Below, piece by piece: positions 43,333 through 52,015 of a DNA stretch of 64,000 nt. This DNA is from Gammaproteobacteria bacterium (GTDB lineage: Bacteria > Pseudomonadota > Gammaproteobacteria > GCA-002705445 > GCA-002716945): contig JAURQW010000008.1 of the NCBI GenBank assembly GCA_030835925.1, positions 1,732 to 65,731 of the forward strand, in the 5' to 3' direction. The position numbers and the translations under genes were made by a program. Below the pieces are notes generated by a model. That model made no database searches and was not told where the DNA came from. It saw only the letters and a program-made list of their open reading frames with translations. Within the stretch, counting starts at the first letter, position 1, and the number at the start of each line of letters is the position of its first letter.

Positions 43333-44415
43333 ATGTTAGAGTTTATGACAGATATGATAACTATGATTTTTAAAACGGATTTGTCTATTCAGATTACTTT
43401 AATTATTCTTATAGCATTATCTCTTCTATTTATTAAAAATAAAATCATATTACTCTTTACTGGTATTTCAAAAAAAACAGCCACAGAGTTTGATGATATC
43501 CTTCTTAAATCCTTACAGATACCACTTACTTTTTTGATAGTGGTAGTGTCTTTAGTATTTATTACTGAAACATTAAATGATACTTATCAGTTATTTGATG
43601 ACTTTAATAAGCCAAAGATTCTCTATGTTTTAACTATAATAATCATTGCATGGACCTTAATTAAGGTTTTAGATAATTATTATAATAGCAAGTCTTTCCT
43701 AAAAGGTCTTAAATCCAGTGATGATCCTGTTGTTATTGAACAAACTTATGAGATCACTATTAGGATATTTAAGATTATTGTAATTCTTATTTCGTTATTG
43801 ACACTGATGCAAGAATTTGGATTAAGCATTTCTGGTCTCCTAGCTTTTGGTGGTGTTGGTGGTTTAGTGGTAGGTCTTGCAGCGAAGGATTTACTGTCTA
43901 ACTTTTTTGGAGGACTCATGATTTATTTTGACCGTCCATTCAAAGTAGGTGAATTCATCAAATCTCCTGATCGTAATATTGAGGGAATAGTTGAAAGTAT
44001 AGGGTGGAGATTAACAGTTGTTCGTACATTCTCTAAAAATGTTTTATATATACCCAACTCTGCTTTTTCAAATATTATCGTGGAAAATGCCACAAGAATG
44101 ACAAATAGAAGAATAAACGAGGTCATTGGTCTTCGATATGAGGATCTTGATAAAATTCCCGAAATTGTAAATAAAGTCAGAGCCTATCTAGATCAAAATA
44201 GTAATATTGATCAGTCTAATAAACCAGTAGTTTATTTTAAAAGTTTTTCCGCATCATCGTGTGATTTTTTTATTTATGCTTTTACAAATACAAAAGATTG
44301 GAGAGAATTCCTAGAAATCAAAGAGGATGTGCTTTATCAGACTTCAAAAATTATCTCTGAGAACAATGCTGCTATTGCTTTTCCAACTACAACTATTGAT
44401 TGGACTCAAAATTAG
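43333..44415 (+). CDS. MscS-family mechanosensitive ion channel
   Basis: 360 aa with several N-terminal TM helices. Conserved pore/beta-domain region GGVGGLVVGLAAKDLLSNFFGGLMIYFDRPFKVGEFI...GIVESIGWRLTVVRT. Confidence 0.85.
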   Translation: MLEFMTDMITMIFKTDLSIQITLIILIALSLLFIKNKIILLFTGISKKTATEFDDILLKSLQIPLTFLIVVVSLVFITETLNDTYQLFDDFNKPKILYVLTIIIIAWTLIKVLDNYYNSKSFLKGLKSSDDPVVIEQTYEITIRIFKIIVILISLLTLMQEFGLSISGLLAFGGVGGLVVGLAAKDLLSNFFGGLMIYFDRPFKVGEFIKSPDRNIEGIVESIGWRLTVVRTFSKNVLYIPNSAFSNIIVENATRMTNRRINEVIGLRYEDLDKIPEIVNKVRAYLDQNSNIDQSNKPVVYFKSFSASSCDFFIYAFTNTKDWREFLEIKEDVLYQTSKIISENNAAIAFPTTTIDWTQN

Positions 44416-47400
44416 TATATTGTATCAATTAAGCTAGAAATATCAGCACATATATCCTTGAAACTATCTTTGACTACTTTTAGTTGTATCATATTATCTT
44501 TCAATAATTTTAATTCTAGATTCTTAGTTGCTCTAATAATCTTATCAACATTTATTAAATTTTGATCGATAAAACTAATTTTAATAATCTGACCAACTAT
44601 TTTTATATGTTTGATATTTTTACCTTCCAAAGAAAGCTTAAGATCAGATATATAAAATAGATTTTCTACAAACTCTGGTATCGGTCCATATATATCGATC
44701 ATTTCATCTTTAATTAATAGATTTTCTTCTGTTGTAGATGACGATGAAATTCTTTTATAATATTTGAGTCTTGTTACAATGTCGCTTATGTAATCTTGTG
44801 TAATTAAATACGATACATCTGCTTCAATTTCTACTATTTTTTCACTATCAGGGTTAGATCCAGTTTTTAGTATTTCTACACTTTTACTTAACATATCTGT
44901 GAACATTGCATATCCAATTTCATATATTTGCCCACTCTGCTCTTCGCCAAGTATTTCTCCAGCGCCACGTATTTCTAAATCATGAGTTGCTAACTCAAGA
45001 CCCCCTCCTAAGCTATTAACAGAATCAATTGCTTGAAGTCTTTTTTCTGCATCTTTAGTTATAATAGATTTTTCTGATTTTACGAGATAGGCGTAAGCTT
45101 GTCTGTTTGTTCTTCCAACCCTACCTCTAATTTGATGTAATTGCGAAAGCCCAAAATTATTACAATTATTGATGATTATTGTATTAACATTTTGTATATC
45201 AAGGCCGCTCTCAATAATGCTCGTACATATTATTAGATCATATTCTTTATTAAGAAAATTATTCATCTCATCTTCGATAATTTTTGGCTCTAGTTGTCCA
45301 TGAATAATGCCAATGTTTATATTAGGATTAATACTTAAGATTTTTTTAGCTTCAATAGCCATAGTATCAATTTTGTTATGTACATAGTAAATTTGACCAC
45401 CTCTATTAATTTCACGCATAATTGCTTCAGATATTATTTCTTTATCCCAGTCAATGATTCTTGTAACGATTGATTTTCTATTTTGAGGTGGTGTCTCTAT
45501 TATGCTTAGATCTTTAATCTGTGATAATGCAGAATTAAGGGTTCTGGGAATTGGAGTTGCTGTTAGTGTTAAAACATCAATATTGCTTTTAATCTTTTTT
45601 ATTTTTTCTTTGGCTGTAACGCCAAACTTATGTTCTTCATCAATTATCAATAACTTTAGATCCTTGAAAACAATATCTTTAGATAATAATGAGTGAGTGC
45701 CGATAATAATATCTATATTTCCACTCGCGATATCTTTTTTAGTTGAATTCTTTTCTTTTGTAGTTTGTAATCTAGATAACTTTCCAATATTTATTGCTGT
45801 ATGTGAAAATCTTTTTATAAAAGATTTAAAATGCTGTTCTACCAAAATCGTTGTTGGCGCCAAGATCATTGTTTGAGAGTTGTTAATAGCCGCAAGAAAT
45901 GCTGCTCTCATGATTACTTCAGTTTTGCCAAAACCAACATCACCACATACCAGTCTATCCATTAGTTTAGTAGACTGCATATCATTTAAAACATCATTTA
46001 TAGCATCATTCTGATCTTTAGTTTCAAGATATGGAAAATCATCCTTAAACTTCTTATATTCATCATCTTTGTTAATAAATATGAATCCTTGTGCAGCAAG
46101 TCTCTTTGATTCAATCTCTAGAAGTTCGACCGCAATATCATTTACTTTTTTACGAGCTTTATTTTTTACCTTAGTCCAGTAATCATTACCAAGATTATGT
46201 AATGGTATGTTTAAACCTGTATGACCTGAGTATTTTTTTATTAAGTTGATTGATGTTACTGGTATGTATAGAATATCTTCATTTGCATATTCAAGCTTTA
46301 TTAGTTCAGTTTGAATACCCTCAATATCCATATTAATTAATCCCTTATACCTCCCGACACCATATTCATCATGAACCACAGGAGAGTCTATTTCAATTGA
46401 TGAGATGTCATTTATATAGTTATCAGTTAATTTATTTCTTTTTTTAGTTAGTGATTTGATTGATCTTTTGCCATAAACATCTTTTGCGCTTATAAAAGAT
46501 ATTTTTTCCGAAAAATCTATGAACCCTTCGCCAAGGGGTTTTTTGCAAATTATTACTTTTGATTTAACTTTCCTGACATCAGATAAGTTTTCTATCACCA
46601 TATGCTTGACTTTAATTCTATCTAACATTTGCACTAATTCAATTCTTAGACTATTCCTATCTATACAAAATACGATCTTTGTAGAAGTTGTATTAATATA
46701 GTCTATTAGAGATTTATATGGATCTTTATATGTGTTATTGACAATCAAGGAGGGGAGTTTACTTATAGCTAAATTTAATGATGAATCATCTTCTTCTATT
46801 TTATAAAAGGAAAACTTAATATTTTTAAAACTTTTCTTATACTCAAGATATTCATCTCTGCTTATTATTAATTCCTTCGGCTCTAACAAATATTTTTCTT
46901 CTTGATATTTCGAATAATATTCAGCATATCTTTCGTTAATTAAGTCAATCTCATCTCCTATATTTTTAATGGAAATTACTACATTTGTAGACTTAGGTAA
47001 TAAATCAAAAAAATGTGATAGTTTTTCATAAAATAAAGGAATAATATTATGCATCGATGCCGTTATTAGTCCTTGGCTGATTTTTTCATATTCAATATCT
47101 GAAATATATTCTTCATCAAATACTTTATTACAAGACTTTTTATATACTGATATTGCGTGCTCGTCTAATACAATTTCATTAACAGAACTTATGGCAAACT
47201 CATTAACTTCTCTAATTGTTTTTTGAGTTTCTATATCAAAAAATTTAATAAAGTCTGTTTTATCACCATCAAATGATAATCTAATTGGCTGATCTTCTAT
47301 GACTGAAAATATATCTATTATGGATCCTTTAATCGCATATTCACCTTTATTTAATATTCTATCAGTCCGCTCATATTTCATGATTTTAAGAATATTAATA

Positions 47401-47801
47401 ATATCATTATATTGGCTATTTGAGTTTATGAGCCTATAGTTATCTTTTATATAATCTATAGGCGTAATTCTTTTTGTTATTGCTGAGTAGGTAGATATAA
47501 TTATATTATTTTTTGATTCAAATAATTTTCGATATGTTTTAATTCTCTCAGAATTAACTTCACTATCTACAATAAGATTTTCATATGGAAAACACTCATT
47601 ATCCAAGTATAATAATATCTCATTCTGATCTTGTACAAATAAAGACAGTTCTTCTTTGAAATTTATAGCCTCATCATTATTGCTAAGCAGTATTATTACA
47701 TTATCAAAATCGCGAGTAAGCTTGTCTACTATGTATGTACTAGATGATCCATATAGACCACCAAGCTTAAAATCTTTTTTGTCTTTAGATATATTTTTCA
47801 T
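44412..47801 (-). CDS. mfd: transcription-repair coupling factor
   Basis: CarD/RNAP-interacting region (VVHDEYGVGRYKG). SF2 helicase motifs CGDVGFGKTEV, LIIDEEHKFG, TATPIPRTL, QLHQIRGRVGR. I prefer the ATG at 47801; the track start at 47819 is a GTG inside a terminator hairpin. Confidence 0.95.
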   Translation of the reverse strand: MKNISKDKKDFKLGGLYGSSSTYIVDKLTRDFDNVIILLSNNDEAINFKEELSLFVQDQNEILLYLDNECFPYENLIVDSEVNSERIKTYRKLFESKNNIIISTYSAITKRITPIDYIKDNYRLINSNSQYNDIINILKIMKYERTDRILNKGEYAIKGSIIDIFSVIEDQPIRLSFDGDKTDFIKFFDIETQKTIREVNEFAISSVNEIVLDEHAISVYKKSCNKVFDEEYISDIEYEKISQGLITASMHNIIPLFYEKLSHFFDLLPKSTNVVISIKNIGDEIDLINERYAEYYSKYQEEKYLLEPKELIISRDEYLEYKKSFKNIKFSFYKIEEDDSSLNLAISKLPSLIVNNTYKDPYKSLIDYINTTSTKIVFCIDRNSLRIELVQMLDRIKVKHMVIENLSDVRKVKSKVIICKKPLGEGFIDFSEKISFISAKDVYGKRSIKSLTKKRNKLTDNYINDISSIEIDSPVVHDEYGVGRYKGLINMDIEGIQTELIKLEYANEDILYIPVTSINLIKKYSGHTGLNIPLHNLGNDYWTKVKNKARKKVNDIAVELLEIESKRLAAQGFIFINKDDEYKKFKDDFPYLETKDQNDAINDVLNDMQSTKLMDRLVCGDVGFGKTEVIMRAAFLAAINNSQTMILAPTTILVEQHFKSFIKRFSHTAINIGKLSRLQTTKEKNSTKKDIASGNIDIIIGTHSLLSKDIVFKDLKLLIIDEEHKFGVTAKEKIKKIKSNIDVLTLTATPIPRTLNSALSQIKDLSIIETPPQNRKSIVTRIIDWDKEIISEAIMREINRGGQIYYVHNKIDTMAIEAKKILSINPNINIGIIHGQLEPKIIEDEMNNFLNKEYDLIICTSIIESGLDIQNVNTIIINNCNNFGLSQLHQIRGRVGRTNRQAYAYLVKSEKSIITKDAEKRLQAIDSVNSLGGGLELATHDLEIRGAGEILGEEQSGQIYEIGYAMFTDMLSKSVEILKTGSNPDSEKIVEIEADVSYLITQDYISDIVTRLKYYKRISSSSTTEENLLIKDEMIDIYGPIPEFVENLFYISDLKLSLEGKNIKHIKIVGQIIKISFIDQNLINVDKIIRATKNLELKLLKDNMIQLKVVKDSFKDICADISSLIDTIY

Positions 47802-47804
47802 AAT

Positions 47805-47835
47805 AAAAAAAAGCAGCACATATTATGTACTGCTT
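47805..47835 (-). terminator. rho-independent terminator downstream of the rhodanese gene, immediately 5' of mfd
   Basis: On the minus strand, AAGCAGTACAT-AAT-ATGTGCTGCTT forms 6 bp, one mismatch, then 4 bp, with a 3-nt loop. It is followed by a T-run (complement of the A-run at 47805-47812) and then ATT-ATG(mfd). Confidence 0.6.
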
Positions 47836-47854
47836 TTAGTTTATAAACTGTTGT

Positions 47855-48525
47855 TTATTTTACTGTATTAAAACCTAGAATTTCCCAAGTTTGCATCCCA
47901 CCACGGAACCATTTAATTTTGTCCGCAGGATAGCCATACCTAAGTAAGCTTTTTATATTATTTGGTGATTGACCACACCACATACCATTGCAATACATGA
48001 CAAGTGTTTTAGCATCATCAAAATAGAATAATCCATTTTGCTCTTTTGCTCCAAATTGTTCTGTCATTATTTCTGCAATAGATATTGGATCAGCACCTTT
48101 TGCTTCACTTAGATGAGTCGAGGAATATTAACTGCCCCTGGAATCATACCTTTAGCTGTCCAATCTGGTGTTCTTGAGTCGATCACCATTATTTCAGAGC
48201 CGTCAGGCATTCTTTGGCCTTTACTTTGCATTACAGCATAGTGAATTATTTCTTGCTCCCCTATAGTTTCTACACCAGGTCTCAATTGCATTGGTTGTAC
48301 GCAAAATGGCGGACAAGGTCGTGATGTTTTGGCAAAAGCTGGATTCACTGTATTTTTATTGTTTTGGTTTCTCATTATTTTATGACTACCAACATCCACA
48401 GAAATACCAATTTCTAATGAATTAGGACCATCAGCTTTTGATATAGCTACAGGTTTGTCTGCATATGCAGTTGATAATGTAAACATGGATACTAAAACAA
48501 AGCTTAATATTGATTTAATTTTCAT
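47855..48525 (-). pseudogene. periplasmic rhodanese-domain sulfurtransferase, interrupted by a frameshift (two ORFs 48109-48525 and 47855-48067)
   Basis: Upstream ORF: GGGAGA Shine-Dalgarno plus ATG at 48525, signal peptide MKIKSILSFVLVSMFTLSTAYA, CPPFC motif, and the rhodanese N-terminal half (VIDSRTPDWTAKGMIPGAVNIP) ending at TAA 48109-48111. The -1 frame is open from 48127 and continues as STHLSEAKG...TLVMYCNGMWCGQSP...WFRGGMQTW, the rhodanese active-site half. One missing base within 48109-48127 restores a single ORF. Confidence 0.7.
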
Positions 48526-48544
48526 ATCGTCTCCCTTTGTACTT

Positions 48545-48703
48545 TTATTCACAATCTGGCTCTTCTTCTAGAGGTTTTTCTTTATCAGCGAATATAATAT
48601 AATTACTTTTAATTAATTCTGAATCAATCATTGATCCATTATCAATAGCGTATACATTAGATATACTAAAAAAACCTACTAAAATTACTGCTACTATCCT
48701 CAT
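48545..48703 (-). CDS. hypothetical small secreted protein (52 aa), below the ORF-track size cut-off
   Basis: GGAG Shine-Dalgarno 8 nt before the ATG at 48703. Translation is MRIVAVILVGFFSISNVYA|IDNGSMIDSELIKSNYIIFADKEKPLEEEPDCE, with a signal-peptide-like N-terminus and an acidic mature part carrying a single Cys. The stop lies 19 nt upstream of the rhodanese ATG. Confidence 0.35.
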   Translation of the reverse strand: MRIVAVILVGFFSISNVYAIDNGSMIDSELIKSNYIIFADKEKPLEEEPDCE

Positions 48704-48754
48704 ATTCCATCTCCGATTAATAACAGATAACTGTTTTGAGCCATCTTTACAATA

Positions 48755-48783
48755 ATTCTACAGTATATGAATATTTAAATGAA
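48755..48783 (-). promoter_or_regulatory. candidate sigma70 promoter for the small ORF + rhodanese pair (TTCATT-17 nt-TAGAAT)
   Basis: On the minus strand, TTCATT (48783-48778) and TAGAAT (48760-48755) with a 17-nt spacer, about 50 nt upstream of the small-ORF ATG. This is a motif match only. Confidence 0.35.
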
Positions 48784-48853
48784 CATAATTTATCATTATT
48801 TCAAGGTTCTACCCGGGGTTTATACAACGAAAAACTGATTAAAATCTTATAAT

Positions 48854-49678
48854 TTATCTGAAATTCCACAATTCTCTATATTTTTTATTCTTAGATAGAT
48901 CAATTGTATGTTTATGCAAAACCTTCTTGTTATCAGATTTATATTCAATGTCACCATTTGCATTAGTTATAAAGCTATGTCCCCAGAATCTAATTTTCCT
49001 GGATCCATCATATTCAACTCCAATTCTATTTGTTACAACAATTGGTGTATTTATCATAAAACTATTTGAGGTAATTGTTTTTAGCCATTTATGTTTTTCT
49101 TCAGGTAGAGATATTTTTTTATCACAATTGTAAGCAAATCCAATAGATGTAGGACATAGAATTAAATCAACATCCTTCTTCAAAAGTTTATTGTATGACT
49201 CTGAATACCACTGATCCCAGCAAATCATCAAGCCAATCTTATACTTACCGATCTTTGTTACAGGAAACTGGTTTTTAGATGAGGAAAAATAGTAGTCTTC
49301 TTCGTAACATGGTTCACTTGGTATATTTCTTTTTCTATATATTGAAATAATTTTTCCAGTTGGTGATATTAATATTAGGCTATTATAAAACTCATCATTT
49401 AAAGATTCAAAAAATGGGAACAAAATATATATTTTTTTAGCTTTTGATAAATTACAAAACTTTTTAACAATATCTGAATTGATACTAATTGCGAATGATT
49501 TCTTTTTTTTATCTCTAGTTATAGGAATATATTTTAAGTAACATAATTCATGCAAAGTCACTATGGTTGTATTTTTTGGATGGAGTAGGGAAATTTTATT
49601 ATAAATTTTATTTATATTTTTTTCTAAATTGTCTCCCATAGTCTCTTGGATGATCACTATGTCTATTAAATCTTTCAT
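48854..49678 (-). CDS. aguB: N-carbamoylputrescine amidase (nitrilase-superfamily C-N hydrolase)
   Basis: 274 aa. Glu-Lys-Cys triad contexts TLHEL, YRKRNIP, MICWDQWY. Directly downstream of agmatine deiminase (5-nt gap). Confidence 0.82.
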   Translation of the reverse strand: MKDLIDIVIIQETMGDNLEKNINKIYNKISLLHPKNTTIVTLHELCYLKYIPITRDKKKKSFAISINSDIVKKFCNLSKAKKIYILFPFFESLNDEFYNSLILISPTGKIISIYRKRNIPSEPCYEEDYYFSSSKNQFPVTKIGKYKIGLMICWDQWYSESYNKLLKKDVDLILCPTSIGFAYNCDKKISLPEEKHKWLKTITSNSFMINTPIVVTNRIGVEYDGSRKIRFWGHSFITNANGDIEYKSDNKKVLHKHTIDLSKNKKYRELWNFR

Positions 49679-49683
49679 ATTCT

Positions 49684-50745
49684 TTATTCCTTGACAATAT
49701 TCATGCTAAAGCAGTGAAGCCCACCTTTCTCATATAAAAGACTGTTACAGAGTATGAATTTTACATCACTATTTTTAAAGATATTCCTTATTTCAATTTT
49801 CTTTTTTTCATTTGTAAACTCATGTATTGGCATATAAATTATTTCTCCGATCCTAATATAGTTTAAATAAGAAAATGGTAAAACCTCATTATCATCATTC
49901 TTAACTATATCTGTCAAATGATGCTTTATCGGTATAACTTTTCTTTTGCCAAAATCATTACTTGATATTTGTTTTTTCAAGTCATTCAATAATGCATAGT
50001 CCGGGTGTGATTTATCATCAGTGGCCATATAATATATGAATTCTTGTTGATCTAATCTCACTAAATTATCAATATGCCCATCTGTATCATCACCACTTAA
50101 TACGCCTACATCTATTACAATAAATTCTTTGTTTAATATATTCTGAAAACCATTTGTTAGTATCTTGTTGATTTGATCCCAATTCATAGAATTATGCTCC
50201 ATGAGTGGCAGCTTATTTACCATGCAAAGTTTATCATCATATACTATGTTGCCAGGTTCTATAACCAGATCCTCGAATATTTTAAGAGATGCTTTTTTGT
50301 TAGAATTTTCTAACGCAAACTTTTCTATAAAATTTTTAGAAAAAGTCTTGTCATTATTATATGTATATTTCTTTCCATATCCATTAAACTTCATTATATT
50401 AAAACTATACTCATGAGGCTTTATTTTTAACATGATTGGCCCAATGTCTCTCAACCATATATCATCATAATCTATCTGATATAATGTAAAATATTCTTTT
50501 TCTTTAATGAATAAATCTATATTTCTTTCTATATATTTCAGATCATCTTTTATGCTTATATTTTTTTTCGTGACTAGGATTATATGTTTTTTATTTTGCA
50601 AACAATCTGATATTAGCTGATAATATATTTCTAATAGTCCTAGCCAGTAGGGTTCATTCTGATATAAGGAAGGCCAGGCTAATACTATGCCATTCGAATC
50701 ATAATCGTTAAGTAATCTAACTTGTGTGATATTTGCTTGGTTCAT
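49684..50745 (-). CDS. aguA: agmatine deiminase (PAD_porph family)
   Basis: DIWLRDIGP, GDDTDGHIDN, and a C-terminal catalytic Cys in GGLHCFSMN. I prefer the ATG at 50745 (MNQANITQV...). The 415-aa track ORF extends into lolC and is rejected. Confidence 0.86.
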   Translation of the reverse strand: MNQANITQVRLLNDYDSNGIVLAWPSLYQNEPYWLGLLEIYYQLISDCLQNKKHIILVTKKNISIKDDLKYIERNIDLFIKEKEYFTLYQIDYDDIWLRDIGPIMLKIKPHEYSFNIMKFNGYGKKYTYNNDKTFSKNFIEKFALENSNKKASLKIFEDLVIEPGNIVYDDKLCMVNKLPLMEHNSMNWDQINKILTNGFQNILNKEFIVIDVGVLSGDDTDGHIDNLVRLDQQEFIYYMATDDKSHPDYALLNDLKKQISSNDFGKRKVIPIKHHLTDIVKNDDNEVLPFSYLNYIRIGEIIYMPIHEFTNEKKKIEIRNIFKNSDVKFILCNSLLYEKGGLHCFSMNIVKE

Positions 50746-50755
50746 TAACGCCCTA

Positions 50756-50764
50756 TGATATAAT
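50756..50764 (+). promoter_or_regulatory. extended -10 element TGATATAAT, 6 nt upstream of the lolC/E ATG (possible leaderless transcript)
   Basis: TGnTATAAT is matched perfectly at 50756-50764. With the usual 7-nt distance, the start site falls on the A of the ATG at 50771. There is no Shine-Dalgarno, and an in-frame TGA at 50756-50758 blocks any longer ORF. Confidence 0.4.
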
Positions 50765-50770
50765 ATTTTT

Positions 50771-52015
50771 ATGCGATTGTTATTAGCATATAGGTTTTTA
50801 CGGTCGAAAAATAATTCGAGTTTCATAAATATCATATCAAAAATATCTGTCTTAGGTATTATTCTTGGCATATCAATACTAATTACAGTCATATCTGTTA
50901 TGAATGGTTTTGAGAGAGAGTTAAAAGACAAGGTTCTAGGATTTACATCTCATGTCACAGCTTATTCAGATCTTGGGGCTAATTCTGATTATACTATTTT
51001 TGATAATTTTATTAAAAGTGGTGAAATCTCTGGGTATTCACCATATATAGAAAAACAAGTGTTACTGACATCTAAAAGCGCGACAGCACATTCCTTGATG
51101 AGAGCAGTGACCCCTATGCTAGAAAAAAATGTTGGATATATACATGAAAATATTATTACTGGCAAATATGATGATTTATCAAATATTAAGCAATCTATCA
51201 TAATAGGTTCGGGTGTCGCTTATACGCTTAACGTTAATGTTGGTGATGAAATAAATCTCTTTACTCAATTTAAGCATAGCTCAACCAACAAGATGATCCA
51301 ATTTAAAGAGAACTATCGTGTAGCTGGTATATTTGATGTTGGCATTTATGAGTATAATAATGTTTATGCTTTTATAAATATCGATGATTTTTTAACCTCT
51401 CTTGAGGCGAATAATAAAAGAGATATTTATATAAAAACCATACGGATAAAACTACCTGATCCATTAAAATCGAAACTATTTACGGATAAATTTAATAGAG
51501 AAATAGATGGATACTATACTCAAGATTGGAGCTACACGCATGAATCATTATTCTCGGCAATTAATAATGAAAAGAGAGTGATGTTCATCATTTTAATGTT
51601 AATAGTTGCCATAGCGGCTTTCAATATTGTCTCATCACTATTGATGTTGGTCACAAACAAGCAAAAAGAAATTGCTATATTGGTTACACTAGGAGCAACT
51701 AGATTTGATGTAATAACAATATTTCTGTTACAAGGACTATTTTTAGGCTCGATTGGTATTTTTTTTGGAGTATTACTTGGTTTTTTACTAGCAATTAATA
51801 TTGATGCTATTATCAGCTCCATTGAGATATTTTTTAAAATTAACTTGATGCCAGCTGAAATATATCACTTAAATAAGATACCTTCATTGATTAATCATGA
51901 TGATATAATATTTATTGTTATATATACTTTTCTTCTAACCGTGGTATCCGCTATATATCCGGCAATCAAGGCCTCAAGAATCAAACCCGCGAAAATATTT
52001 AGAGGTAATAACTAA
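50771..52015 (+). CDS. lipoprotein-releasing system transmembrane subunit (LolC/LolE family; only one copy here)
   Basis: 414 aa. N-terminus LAYRFLRSKNNSSFINIISKISVLGIILG. Large periplasmic domain. C-terminal FtsX-type helices. Followed by lolD with a 1-nt overlap. Confidence 0.88.
   Translation: MRLLLAYRFLRSKNNSSFINIISKISVLGIILGISILITVISVMNGFERELKDKVLGFTSHVTAYSDLGANSDYTIFDNFIKSGEISGYSPYIEKQVLLTSKSATAHSLMRAVTPMLEKNVGYIHENIITGKYDDLSNIKQSIIIGSGVAYTLNVNVGDEINLFTQFKHSSTNKMIQFKENYRVAGIFDVGIYEYNNVYAFINIDDFLTSLEANNKRDIYIKTIRIKLPDPLKSKLFTDKFNREIDGYYTQDWSYTHESLFSAINNEKRVMFIILMLIVAIAAFNIVSSLLMLVTNKQKEIAILVTLGATRFDVITIFLLQGLFLGSIGIFFGVLLGFLLAINIDAIISSIEIFFKINLMPAEIYHLNKIPSLINHDDIIFIVIYTFLLTVVSAIYPAIKASRIKPAKIFRGNN

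Noticed and set aside
48109-48127. Programmed ribosomal frameshifting as the explanation for the split rhodanese.
   Set aside because: There is no slippery heptamer, homopolymer or obvious downstream stimulatory structure at the frame junction (AAT ATT CCT CGA CTC ATC TAA). A simple 1-nt deletion or an assembly error is more parsimonious.
50746-50931. An N-terminal extension making the agmatine deiminase ORF 415 aa.
   Set aside because: The extension overlaps the lolC/E start and its conserved N-terminus on the other strand, and it has no similarity to agmatine deiminases. The homologous region begins at the ATG at 50745.
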